Shown: positions 12,660-23,590 of the stretch, one piece after another
Layout: every line of letters begins with the position of its first letter
Position numbering within the stretch: position 1 is the stretch's first letter
DNA from: Vicugna vicugna
Taxonomy: Eukaryota
Length of the DNA: 64,000 bases
Assembly: GCA_013265495.1 (NCBI GenBank)
Contig: MU059756.1
Coordinates: 20,607,735 to 20,671,734, forward strand
Direction: 5' to 3'
Notes under the pieces: generated by a model
What the model was told of the DNA's origin: nothing
Seen by the model: the letters and a program-made list of their open reading frames with translations, nothing else
The model's database searches: none
Made by a program: the position numbers and the translations under genes

Positions 12660-13532
12660 TCTCATAGGTGAAGGTCACTCCTTTAAAAACCTACTGCAGT
12701 GACTTCCAGGACTTACATGCTTGAATTAAATTGAACATGGATGTGCTACACATTTCCATGTGGATACTCTGCTTTCACCTCAAGCCTGGTATATCCAAAA
12801 TTCAACTTCCCACCTTCCCTTCTAATCTGACCCTTCCCTTCTGGTCCCCATTCTTATTAATGGTGCCTCCAATCTCCCAAGCTCAGGAGTCATCTTTGAC
12901 ATCTTGGTCTCTTACTATTTTCACCTGATCTGTTTTCTAGTTTCCACGGTTTTACATTAATGATGTTCCCCGTATGTTGTGGATTCTAACCCTCCCTCCA
13001 ACGTTTATCTTATTCATTTGTTTTCTTTTCCTTTTTTTCTATACAACCCCATTATCAGTCCCTTGCTGCAAGGCCTCATCCTTGATGCCCCCACCTCTAA
13101 TGACCTAATCCATCCAATATAGCATTTTCAGGTAAATCCCTTTCAAGGATGGCCTGCTTATGTGAATTTCCTTTTCAAAAGTTTCAGCAGCTCTTCACTG
13201 TCTACAAAATTGAGCCCAAACTAATCCTGCAACACTGAAGGCTCTTTCTTCAGTGATTTTTGACTTATACTACCTTTGTAATCTTGGCCATCGTGCGTCC
13301 CCCCCAACACCTGTCATCTTCAGTCAAACTGAATTTCTCTTGGAATTCTCTCAGGTACACTGATGCCTGTTTAAGCCCGTGGATCTGAGTTTTAAGTCTC
13401 AGCACACAGGCCAACTCATTCATGTCATTTTCTCCAAGTTTCTACCCATAAGTAATAGCAGCATGCTTATGCTCAGGACAGTGCCTGGCACACAGTAGGC
13501 ACACAAGCAGTATTTATTTGATGAGTGAATGA
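12660..13532 (+). mobile_element. L2 LINE 3' region
   Basis: cctcaagcctggtatatccaaaattcaact; ggagtcatctttgac; ends cagtgcctggcacacagtaggcacacaagcagtatttatttgatgagtgaatga (L2 terminus). Confidence 0.75.
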
Positions 13533-13689
13533 CCTTCTTTTATACTTTCATGGCATTTTGTAATTGTCAAATAACATTTTTATCATTTTGCCTTGATGCA
13601 GCTACTGGTTCATTCAAAAAGAAATGACTAAGTGCCCGTGTGTGCAAAGTTCCACGCTCCAGAGTTAACTGAGCAATGGTTATCTTTCC

Positions 13690-13821
13690 CACAGCAGGGT
13701 GAATGTGTCCATTGTATACATGAGCATCTCTCTCACAGCAGTGTGAGTGTATCCACTGTATACTCAGTCTTCTCCCCCAAGCAGTGTGAATGTGCCCACT
13801 GCCTACATGGCCGTCTCTCCC
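13690..13821. repeat. Degenerate minisatellite, 3 x ~44 bp
   Basis: Units start at 13690, 13734 and 13778; consensus roughly cacagcagtgtgaatgtgtccactgtatacatg.gcatctctc. Confidence 0.8.
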
Positions 13822-14101
13822 AGAGTGAGGTCCCCAAGGGAACAGACTGCATCCCATGCCTCTTGACTTCACTCACAAAGCCTAGTGCTGGGCCTTGTAT
13901 GACACACCGTGAAAGCTGAATCCAACAGAAACAAATTCTTTTCTGAATTAATAAAATAAACACAGCTATAACTAGAGGCAGGATACTGACAATCTGTTTA
14001 TGTCTCAAATAATTGAAGGGAGGACAAAGATCATTTAAGATCTCAGGAGGAAGTAGGTGCTGCCTTGCTTCTTTGTATTTGACTTTAGTTCCTTTCAAAA
14101 C

Positions 14102-14116
14102 AGAACAGCCTGTCCT
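14102..14116. promoter_or_regulatory. Candidate androgen/glucocorticoid/progesterone response element AGAACAgccTGTCCT
   Basis: One mismatch from the AGAACAnnnTGTTCT palindrome; forkhead-type ATAAACA (13956-13962) and TGTTTAT (13995-14001) lie nearby. Motif match only. Confidence 0.4.
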
Positions 14117-14804
14117 TATTGATCAGTCACAAGAGAAAACCACAAACAATGAAAAATCTGTCAGGTTCAGTTTCTTCAAAAGGTGATCAAGCTAATAGAG
14201 TGGCAGACTTTAAAATTTCACCATTTCATCTCTTGAACTTGATATAACCCTGTTAGATAACACCTCAACTATTTTAATTTTTAATACACAAAATGAATAT
14301 TTGGGGAAGCTACTGTTTCAAAGTTAAAAGGAGTCTTTACAAATAATTTTTAGTTCATGATCCTTTTATGTACTATTTAAGATAAGGTTTAGTTTACACA
14401 CCTTTCCTTAATATAATTACTGTTTACAGATAGGACTACTAGAATATTTACTGTCTCTCATTTATAGCTCTCAGTATTTATAGTGGATGTGAATGTGTTA
14501 TGAAAATGCTCTCTCTTCTAAGAACAGACATCCCCATCTAACAAAGGAATAACCCCTGTGGTCTCACCCAAACTCTGGGGTCCTGTTTTCCAACCATGGC
14601 TGATTGGACGGGGGCAGGAGGTGAGGGTAGATACATGACCCAAGTCAGATCGATCAGATTCCATCCTCTAGAAAATTGTATTTGAGACTGAGACATTAGG
14701 TAGTAAGTGAGAATTAATGTTTGAATTGGGAAAAATTGGGAGGACATCTTCCCATCTGTTTAAGAAGAAAAGGAAGCCAATCGGTAGATGAAAAATAATG
14801 GAGT

Positions 14805-14980
14805 AGGGAGGGTAATAGCTCAATGGAAGAGTGTGTGCTTAGCATGTATGAGGTACTGGGTTCAATCCCGAATGCCTCCATTAAAACAAACAAACAAACA
14901 AACCAAATTACTTCCCCCAACTATCCCCCCCAAAAAAATAAAATAAAAAATAATCTTAAAAAAAGTGAGTTCTTAAAAAG
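14805..14980 (+). mobile_element. tRNA-Ala-derived camelid SINE (vic-1 type)
   Basis: Head gggagggtaatagctcaatggaagagtgtgtgcttagcatgtatgaggtactgggttcaatcccgaatgcctcca resembles tRNA-Ala(AGC), followed by (aaac)n, aattacttccccc and an A-rich tail. Degenerate TSD aaaaataatggagt (14791-14804) / aaaaagaatgaagc (14981-14994). Confidence 0.85.
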
Positions 14981-15019
14981 AAAAAGAATGAAGCAAATAT
15001 GAAAGACAAATACAAATAA

Positions 15020-15180
15020 TATTGAGCATTTAGTATATATCAGGTACGATCTCATTTAAATCTGACAGAACTCAAGTAAATTCAAGCATCTGCAGTCAAG
15101 GGAACTGAGGCAAAGATACAGTAATTGAAGTGGCCAAGCAGGGATGTGAACCCAGTTGTCTGACCCCAGAGCCCAGCTGG
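15020..15180 (-). mobile_element. MIR SINE
   Basis: gggaactgaggcaaaga...gggatgtgaacccagttgtctgaccccagagccc. Confidence 0.65.
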
Positions 15181-16074
15181 CTAGTGCGACATTCTCCTGC
15201 CAAGAAACAGCAGAGCGGGATGAGGAACCCTGAGACTCTGGAGAGCAGAGCCAGCTGGATTCCTTACGAAGAGATTTACTGGTCTTTCCTGAGAACTTGT
15301 CTATACGGTCTGCTTTTGGATATAAGGAAGACTAATTTCTTCCATTCAGTTCTCTCCCTTTGCTTAAATAATTTCAGAGGTTTCAGTTATCTGCAATGCC
15401 AAAGTCATATATAGCAGCCCTGCCCCCTCCATATACACTCATTCTCAGTCCTAGCCTTGTCACTGAAGTTCATGTATATATTTCCAGCAGCCTCCTCTGC
15501 TGTTTGTGTTCATTTTCCACACGCAGGCACGCATGCACGGCACGTCTCTGCACCTGCTTCTGCACTGTGCATAAAAATCAATTACTTGCTTGGGGAAATG
15601 TAGGGAAGATAATGCAAAGAAGGTTTGGGAGATGTCTGGGACTTCATTTAATTGGTGGGCCTGGTGAAATTATGAGGGAATATTTTATTGTGAGCTGCTG
15701 TTTATAATCTCTGCAACGAATGCTTTTAGTGTAATTAGGCAGTTTGAACATTAGCTAGAGAAGGGTAATTAAATCTGTGTTCTGCCTTCCATACTGCAAA
15801 GGAACCATTCAAAACAACTGGGAAAGGTAAAACTTAGCCAAATCTATTTTTTTTTCCAAGAAAGTTTCTGGCAAACTTTTGCTGGCATCTAGACACATGT
15901 AAATCTTCAAATGGGTTGTGCATGGCAAGCGCCATACATTACCAAAATGCCATCTTTCAGCGTTACTGTTATTAAAGAAGGCAAGACAATAAATTATTTT
16001 ATCAGGTATGTAATTTCAGGCCAGTTTTTGTGGTTCTTGGCTTCCTGCCGAATGAATAAGGCGATTGTACATCA

Positions 16075-16280
16075 TTTAGACCCTGCATTCAGACAGATCT
16101 GGGTTCAATCACTGCTCACTATCTACAAGCTCTGCAACCTATAGGCAAGTCACTTTTGATCTTGGGGAGGTTAGTTTGTTACTTTTCTTCCTCTGAGCCT
16201 CAGTTTCTTCATCTGTAAAATGGGATAAGAATGGTGTCTACTTCACAGGATTGTGGTGAGGATGATAGGGACAATCTATC
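16075..16280 (+). mobile_element. MIR SINE
   Basis: ctctgagcctcagtttcttcatctgtaaaatgggataagaatg..cttcacaggattgtggtgaggat. Confidence 0.85.
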
Positions 16281-16744
16281 GTTGGGAAAGCAGCCAGCCC
16301 AGGGCCCAAACATCTGCACACTTCTTTGCAGAGTATGCCAAGTGGCAAGCCCTCATGGCCCTCTGACACTGAGCCATTTCTGGAACAAGTCATGTAGCCA
16401 ATTAAGTGGGTCAAAGTGACACAGAGTGACTACCCTCTGGCCACTGGCTCCCTGGCTTGTTCACTGCTAGAAAGATGCTGAGCCCTGGGTCCCAAATTCC
16501 TCAGCTGTAGCACAACTGCCTGCATTGGGGCCATCTGGACCCACTGTGTCATGCAGAATTTAGGGGCAGAGGATCTGACACTGCCAAGTGATGCTCCTGC
16601 TGTTTGCTGTGCTGGAAATTGAAATTGTCTTGCTCTTAACTATTGAGTCTAATTGTCTTCTTTCAGCAACGTGGAGTTTTCAGCAACTGACTCATGTCTT
16701 TTGGATCTTTTTTGGAGTCTTGTTACCTCTTGCCATCCTGTCTG

Positions 16745-16930
16745 ACAGAAGTTAGCAAATTTTTGCTGTAGGGACCAGATAGTACACATTTTAGGCTTTG
16801 GGGCCATAGATCTTCTCTACTGTGTATTTTTCTCTGTGTACTTCATTCTTTAACAACCTTTTAAAGATGTAAAAACCACTTTAAATTCACAGGTTGAGAA
16901 AAAAACAGGCTGAAGGCAGGATATGATCTC
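16745..16930 (-). mobile_element. MER58-family hAT-Charlie MITE fragment
   Basis: gttagcaaatttttgctgtagggaccagatagtacacattttaggctttggggcca; ttttaaagatgtaaaaacca. Confidence 0.7.
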
Positions 16931-17019
16931 ACTCACATGAGGCTGGGGTTCTTCCTTGATATCCACAGAAATCACTTAAAACAGCATGTTCTCAATTGGT
17001 GAAAATTCAAGAAATGTTA

Positions 17020-17180
17020 GCTAAGGGAACTATATTTGGTTTCTTGTAATAACATATAATGGAAAATAACCTGAAAAGAAAAAAATATATATGTATGTAT
17101 ACATATAACTGAATCACTTTCCGTATACCTGAAACTAACATTGTAAATCAACTGCACTTCAATAAAAATTTTTTTTAAAA
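17020..17180 (+). mobile_element. 5'-truncated cetartiodactyl-type L1 insertion with 11-bp TSD
   Basis: gggaactatat..cttgtaataac..tataactgaatcacttt..cattgtaaatcaactgcacttcaataaaa; perfect TSD aagaaatgtta at 17009-17019 and 17181-17191. Confidence 0.9.
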
Positions 17181-19092
17181 AAGAAATGTTATCTATTCTT
17201 ACACTAATGTTTTCTGTTTGTTAAGCTCTAAACCTAAGGCAATCCTGTTAGGACTCAAAATAATGTTCCTAGATAGTGCGGAGAACTTTCTGGTATACAT
17301 ATAACACACAGTTACTAGTTCTTTCCATTCCCATTCCCCTGGGAACAGGACAGGTCCTTATGTTAGGCTTCCCATTGTGGTGCCTAGAAAAAGCTACAGG
17401 TGTGTATACAGACATTGAACCCCTCAACCTTCAGGGCGCCTGAGCAGCTGGCCCTGTGCACCGTCCTTTACTTACCCTAAAGTGCTGTGCAAATGTTACC
17501 ATTTTCCATGTGCACCAAGGCATGCCAAAGGTTGTCAAGCCCCGCCACGAATCATTAAGCTATTGTTTCACAAAGTACAGCTTTGGTGCACAGCATAAGG
17601 AGGCTTTACATGCTCAGAGCACTACTTTCAGCCAGAGTGTAAGAGGCATGGCACCCGGAGAGGCTCACAGATCCCTTCACTGATCCTAGGTGACTGCGGT
17701 GTGGTTTCTCCAACAGGACAGGTGATGAAAATAAGTCACAGTTACTGGTTAACTCTTAATGGTCCAGACAGCCTCTGAGGAGAAGGATCAACAAAAATAG
17801 CCAGGAAGCCATCAGTGACATCAAGAATAAAGGCAATGGGACAGGCCCTAGAGGACTGCTGAATTGGAAGGTGAAAAGTTAAGGGGGAAAGGGTGGCCAA
17901 AGGGAACTAATGGTTCAGCCTGTCCACAAATTTCTAGGCACTGATTCTGGTTAAAAAGGCAAAATTTTAGATGCCTAATTGAAAAAAAAAATTGAAGAGA
18001 GGAGGAAAGGTAGTGGAAGATGGAAATAATGAGAGGGGAGGAGGGCCAGGAAACCGAAAAGAAGGGGCTGTGGGCTGCAGAAGTTGCACAGGAGGGTAGG
18101 GACACTGACGAGGTAACATAGGTCAAGGCCTATCATGGTGCCTGCAGAGCCAGGTTTCAGGATGGGAGGATAGACTCCTACTGGCATCTAATGGCTGGAC
18201 CACACCAGCATCCCACAGCATCACTACATCACTGAAGTTCTGTAATAACAACATCAAGTCACCTAGAGATGCAAGAATAATGCACAGTCTGTTTTGTTTT
18301 TTGAGTCAGGAAAATATACATTTCAGAAAGATTTCCCTTAAAAAATAGTTAGGAGTTAACATTTCAAAAACTGCTTCCACAAAAGGAGAGAGATTTTAGT
18401 ATTCTGAAATTCATCCCTAGACCATATTCAGTGACAAAACCACAGTCTCTCACGAATCTCATCATGTGTGAAGGGTGGAGGAGATCAATACTCCAGATTA
18501 ACCTTTCCTGGTCCTGAACTGTAGCTGGCTCCTCTGGTTCTCCCTCTGACTGAGCGTAAGATTCTGAGTTATCATTGTAGATACACAACAGTATCTGATC
18601 CCTGGAACAATTTTTTTTTATGATTTTGATGAGGTAGGGCAGTGGAAATCTGATTTTTTTTTTCCTGTTCAAGTGTTAATGGAAAAGTAAGGAAAGATGC
18701 ATGAGGCTAACAAGCCTATTTTATGGGGTCAGAGACCAGAATCCTCTGAACAGTGGGCTGATTGACTCAAGGGGTGGTAATGATTTCCTGTACAGAAAGA
18801 ATTAGAATGAAAAAGTGTACGTGTCTTGGAATAATGGCAACTTAATTCAGGCATATCACTGGGGATTTGCTTTAAAATTTTTTCTTTGAAAGCTCGACTA
18901 AACATTTCAGAAAATGTTCCTGAAAGAAGTGTTTCTGAATGTTGTCTTGGAAATGGAAGGCCATTGCCTCTGGAGTAAGTGCACATTCACCAGTGGCGGC
19001 CATGTTTCAAGCCTTATCCAAGCATCAGCAACTTTATTTGAAAAATACACCCATGCACTAAGGTTGAACAGTGGTGGTCTCTGGATGGTTAG

Positions 19093-20719
19093 AAGAGGAA
19101 GTGCTTTTTTTTTTTAAGTTTGCTTGTCAGAATTTTCTAATTTTCTACAATGCATATATATTGCAACTGTCATAATGCAAAACTCATTAAAATGAAAAAA
19201 ATAGAAAACTATACCCTGGCCATTGTGGAAGGGTTCATTACACAGAGGTAGGTGTACAATTTGCCTGCCTCTCCTAACCAGATTAACCTAATTAATACAA
19301 TGCATGGAGTCAAAAGTGACTCAATACCAGCATTTTACAAACTTCTCTGGCTGTATGTAGATGTCCGTAAAATGTCTGGGAAATTTCCAAACTTAGTAAG
19401 GGAAATTCTTCCCCTTGGATTCACAGACACACTCCTGTCTTTCAGTTACCCCAAAGTTCACAAAGTGGATCAAGGAAACAGAGATCACTGAAGCACTGCT
19501 GGTTGGAGATTTATGTCCCATGTTTTTGTTTTGTTTTGTTTTGTTTTGCTTTGCTTTCCAGAAACAAAACCAAAATCACAATCTAGCATGATTGGGAAAT
19601 CTAAAACTCTCATTAACTACATTGTCTGCTTACGTCCAATTAGAGCTCATTTAACGCTAAAGCTAGGCTAAAGATGCTTTTGAAAACAATGATGTAGAAA
19701 TTTAAAGCATCTAATAGAGGCTGCAATCGATCAAGAATTGGATGCCATGATCCTACCTGTCCTAGTTTTCAGAGACTGCATTGACATTTAAAGGCTGGAG
19801 TAGGGAAGGAAAAATGGGCAAACCATCTCATCAGGGACATGTGATGACAGCTTCAGCTTTCAGAGTAAGGAAGTGCTGGACACAGTCTTACTGGCACAGT
19901 GGAGTGGGGTGTCTGCAGCATCCAGTGCTGCCCCTCAAAGTTATCCCCTCAAATTTTAAGAGATCACAATGACATTTGCCTCCACATTCATCTTTCTCTA
20001 CCATGGTTGCAACCACTTCCACATTCTATGCTAATTGACCAGAATGAAAAATGCAAATATGCTAGCAGGCTCGCATGGCCAATAAAAGACTGATCTGTCT
20101 CCACCTCTCCTGAACTTGAATGAGCAGAACCATAATGGCAGAACTCCTCTGGAAACCAATTCATCCTGTGTGAATGTCTTCTGTTGTCACCTGTCTTAGG
20201 GGCGGCCACTGCAGAGTTTATTTACTGTCAGCTCAGAAGTTACAGCAGTAGCCAGATGCTTTTCCTGTGATCTCTTTCAAGCCTCAACTTAACTATATTT
20301 CTCTGTATGATGTTATCTCCTTTATTGGCTCCTTTATACAGATGATTCATACATCTGTATATGTAAGAGCTGTTAATTAAAGTATCTTTATTAAAACTAC
20401 ACTTTGTAAGAATGTTGTCATTGCTAAAATGCATGTCATTAAAAATGAAAAAATAAAAGACCAAGAAAGTCTGTAAAATACTGATATCAAGTCACCTTTG
20501 ATGCCATTCATTGTATTAATTAGGTTAATCTGGTTAGGAGAGGCAAATGCATTGTACACCAGCCTCTGTGTAATGAATCCTCCCATGATGGCTTGGGTAT
20601 AGTCGTCTTTTTTTTTTTTATAAATGAGCTTTGCATTATTACAGTTGCAATACATGTATATTGTAGAAAATTAGAAAATTCAGACAAATAAATTAAAAAA
20701 AATAACAACTTGCTCTTAA
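19093..20719. repeat. Long inverted repeat: arms ~19093-19350 and ~20461-20719, spacer 1110 bp
   Basis: 19124-19350 aligns without gaps to the reverse complement of 20461-20687 (about 39 mismatches in 227 nt by hand count). The ORF track shows SPNQINLINTM on both strands. Confidence 0.95.
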
Positions 20720-21539
20720 AGAAATATGGAAGTCTAAAACTCTGGACAGGACTTCTTGGTGTGACTCAGCAGTTCCCAGTAGCCCATCCCTGCAGCTTGT
20801 CTTTGCTATGTCAGGAGGGAGCTGGGGTTCCAGTGTCCTGAAACCTGAGGGAGGTGGCCTGGGTTCCCTTGGCCAACACCTTGGGAACTTGTGTTAGGGA
20901 GGAAAAGAACCTTCAGAGTGTGGACAGTACAGGTTTCCTACACCTGGAAAATGTATATCTAACTTAGGCCAGCTAGAGGCTTGTGACACTGTAAGGGTCC
21001 AGGGGGAGAATCTGAGGCTATCCGGCCCTTCAGGGCGGGATTTGATCTTCAGCTTGTGCTCCCTTCCAGGACTCCGATGCAGATGAGCAGAGCCGACTCC
21101 CCAGGGGCCTCCAGAAGAGACCATGTCCCCAGCTCTCCCCTGGGATGGTGATTTAACACTGGGGAAGTGCCTTGGTTGTTTTCAGGGTGATGAGGTCTTT
21201 GGGGGGGAAACAGAAGTATTTTATATGCTGGGATCATTAACTCTTTTAAACTCTTTAAAACTCTGTTCATAGTTATTGGGAAAAAATGTTACTCCTCTCC
21301 ACATATATTTTTCCAGCATCGCCTCAGTGGCAGGTTTTGCTAATTTTTCTCTTTTAAGTTTATGCTACCTGCAATGTGTACCACTGAGAAAACACCCTGA
21401 ATTTTATACTTTGCTGACTGCAAAACAAAAATCAAGTTCAAAATCCAAGCCAACACAGTCATAAACAAGCCTTTGAAAAGCAATGGGGAAGTGGGGAAGA
21501 AGGGGTAAATTTAAATACTACTGTGTGGTGAGGACGGTA

Positions 21540-21725
21540 GTAGGTACTTTTGTGTGTTATTAATCTCCAAATAGCCCTGCAGGGTGTTACAGTCTCCTTG
21601 TTTACAAGTGAGGAAAATGAGGCTCAGAGAAATTAAGGTCACAGAGCAGATAAGGGGCAGAGCTGATGTTTTCAACTGCCACCTGCTTGAAATCAAAGCC
21701 CATGTTTTCTCCATTGCCCTGCCCC
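21540..21725 (-). mobile_element. MIR SINE
   Basis: tttacaagtgaggaaaatgaggctcagagaaattaaggtcacagagc...aaatcaaagcccatgttttctcca. Confidence 0.8.
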
Positions 21726-21820
21726 AGCTTCCAGATGTCCTCAACCCTCTTATACCAGAACTGTAAATGTGCATTTCATGTCACTGCCTGGAAACCTGGG
21801 ACATCAACAAGATGACATCA

Positions 21821-22065
21821 TCAGTTATGCATATTGATGTATTCTTTTCCATTATAGGTTATTACAAGGTATTGAATACAGTTTCCTCTGCTATACAGTA
21901 GGAGCTTGTTGTTTATCTATTTTATATACGGTAGTTTGTATCTGCGAATCCCAAATTCTTAATTTATCTCTCCCCCTCCCCGTTGATAATCATAAGTTTG
22001 TTTTCTATGCTGTACATCAGAAATTAACACAACATTGTAAATCAACTATACTTCATTTAAAAAAA
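21821..22065 (+). mobile_element. 5'-inverted (twin-primed) L1 insertion with 12-bp TSD
   Basis: 21821-22009 is antisense L1 3' UTR; 22009-22065 is the sense terminal part plus poly(A). TSD aagatgacatca (21809-21820) / aagatgatatca (22066-22077). Confidence 0.88.
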
Positions 22066-23474
22066 AAGATGATATCACATTGAAAATAAAATGGCTCAAA
22101 TTGACCTGTGTTACTTTCTTAGGGTCTCTGCAATCAGAACAAGAACTCATAGAGTACTACTTTGTGTATTTACCAAAACAGGTTCCCCAAGGGCGTGAAA
22201 GTAAAAGACAGGTCCCCTAAATATAACTCTTGATTCAAGAAGCTATTTACAGCAGAATGTCAGAGCTCGCCTGATGTGACTGAAAAGCTGCCCTAAAAAC
22301 ATGGTGAGGACATTCAGATTCAGCTCTGGATGTTTACCAACGCAAAGATTTCAGAAAGGTTTTAAGTGAGATTTGTACTTCTTTCTGAAGTTATCTTACT
22401 GTTCTAAAACAGACACATACAGGCAACTCGATACTAGTTGGGCTAAATGGAGCATTCTGAGAGACACACACACGGAGGTTTCAAAAGTAGGTAAGAAAAT
22501 ATGTTTGAAGGGGAAAGATCATCATGCGCTTTAATTTTTGTTTTTGTTCATGTTGTAAAAAACAAAACAAAACCAACTCAATATTTAGGACAAAAAGCAG
22601 GGATGCCTAATAGTGGAACAAGATCTTGCAGAGGATGGAGCGGTTCCAGGGCCACATGGTACTGCCTTCAGTCCATCCTCCTTCCATCTCTGCAGGTCCT
22701 CGAAGTGGGAGTGGGGGTTCTGCAGACAACTCTGCTCCTCTGGGAATGACTCAGGATGGTCCCTGATCCCCCCACACCCCTGCCCCCATGCCCTACTCAG
22801 AGGCAGGGACATGAATCTTATCGGTGCCCCAGCTCACCCCTGCACAACCCCATCCAGGCCTCCCCTGCCGGTTACCCTGAGGAGCAGTCTGTGAATAAAG
22901 AAGCATCTCTGACATTAAATCCTACGTCCTTGGCCATCCTGTGGCCTGGTAGAGACTGGCACCATCCTGCTAATCCATGCTGCAGGAAGACTGTGTTCCT
23001 CCACTTTGGATGCCTCAGAAACCTTTCGGGCTTTCTCCTGGAAAGAAGAGTCTAGAACAGGCTGGGAAAAGGTGGGATAGGTCATTCAAAAGTTAGGCCA
23101 GGTCCTCATTAACCCTATAAGCAGAGGAAGCCACGGAATGGACAATTCAGCAGAGCAAAGCAGAACTCAGAGCCTCAGAGCTCGCCCCACCCAATCGCTT
23201 CATTTTCAGAAGAGCAAACCCAGCCCAGAAACCTGACCTCAAAGGTAGTGATTATCAGATGTGCAGTTATTTAATGCACCACTCAGAGAGGAGAAATGCT
23301 GCCGAAAAACTAAGATAGGCCATCAGTTGTGAGGCATCCCACTTTCAGAGGTGGTAAATGTAAAGAAAAAAAAGGAGTGTCTTAGAACTGATGAGCTGTC
23401 CTAAATCGCTTGCCCCTAATCACTCAGAATTCAGTCTTTAGGGCTCTTTTTTTTTCCCTCCACTACACTCTATG

Positions 23475-23590
23475 GCTGCTCTCATGGATGAAACACCTAA
23501 AGCTCAGAGCCTAGGTGATTTACCTAAAGTCACTGCACGAAGAAGGAGAGAGGCAGGACTCAAACTAGACCTGAGACTCCTTCAGGATGG
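23475..23590 (-). mobile_element. MIR SINE fragment
   Basis: atggatgaaacacctaaagctcagagcctaggtgatttacctaaagtcac..gaggcaggactcaaac. Confidence 0.6.

Noticed and set aside
13632-13919. ORF with repeated ECxHCxH motifs suggesting a metal-binding peptide
   Set aside because: The pattern comes from the 44-bp minisatellite, whose period is not a multiple of 3, so the middle unit is out of frame. No splice or promoter support.
14806-14880. tRNA-Ala(AGC) gene
   Set aside because: Stems carry many mismatches, and the sequence continues into a SINE tail with a TSD. It is a SINE head.
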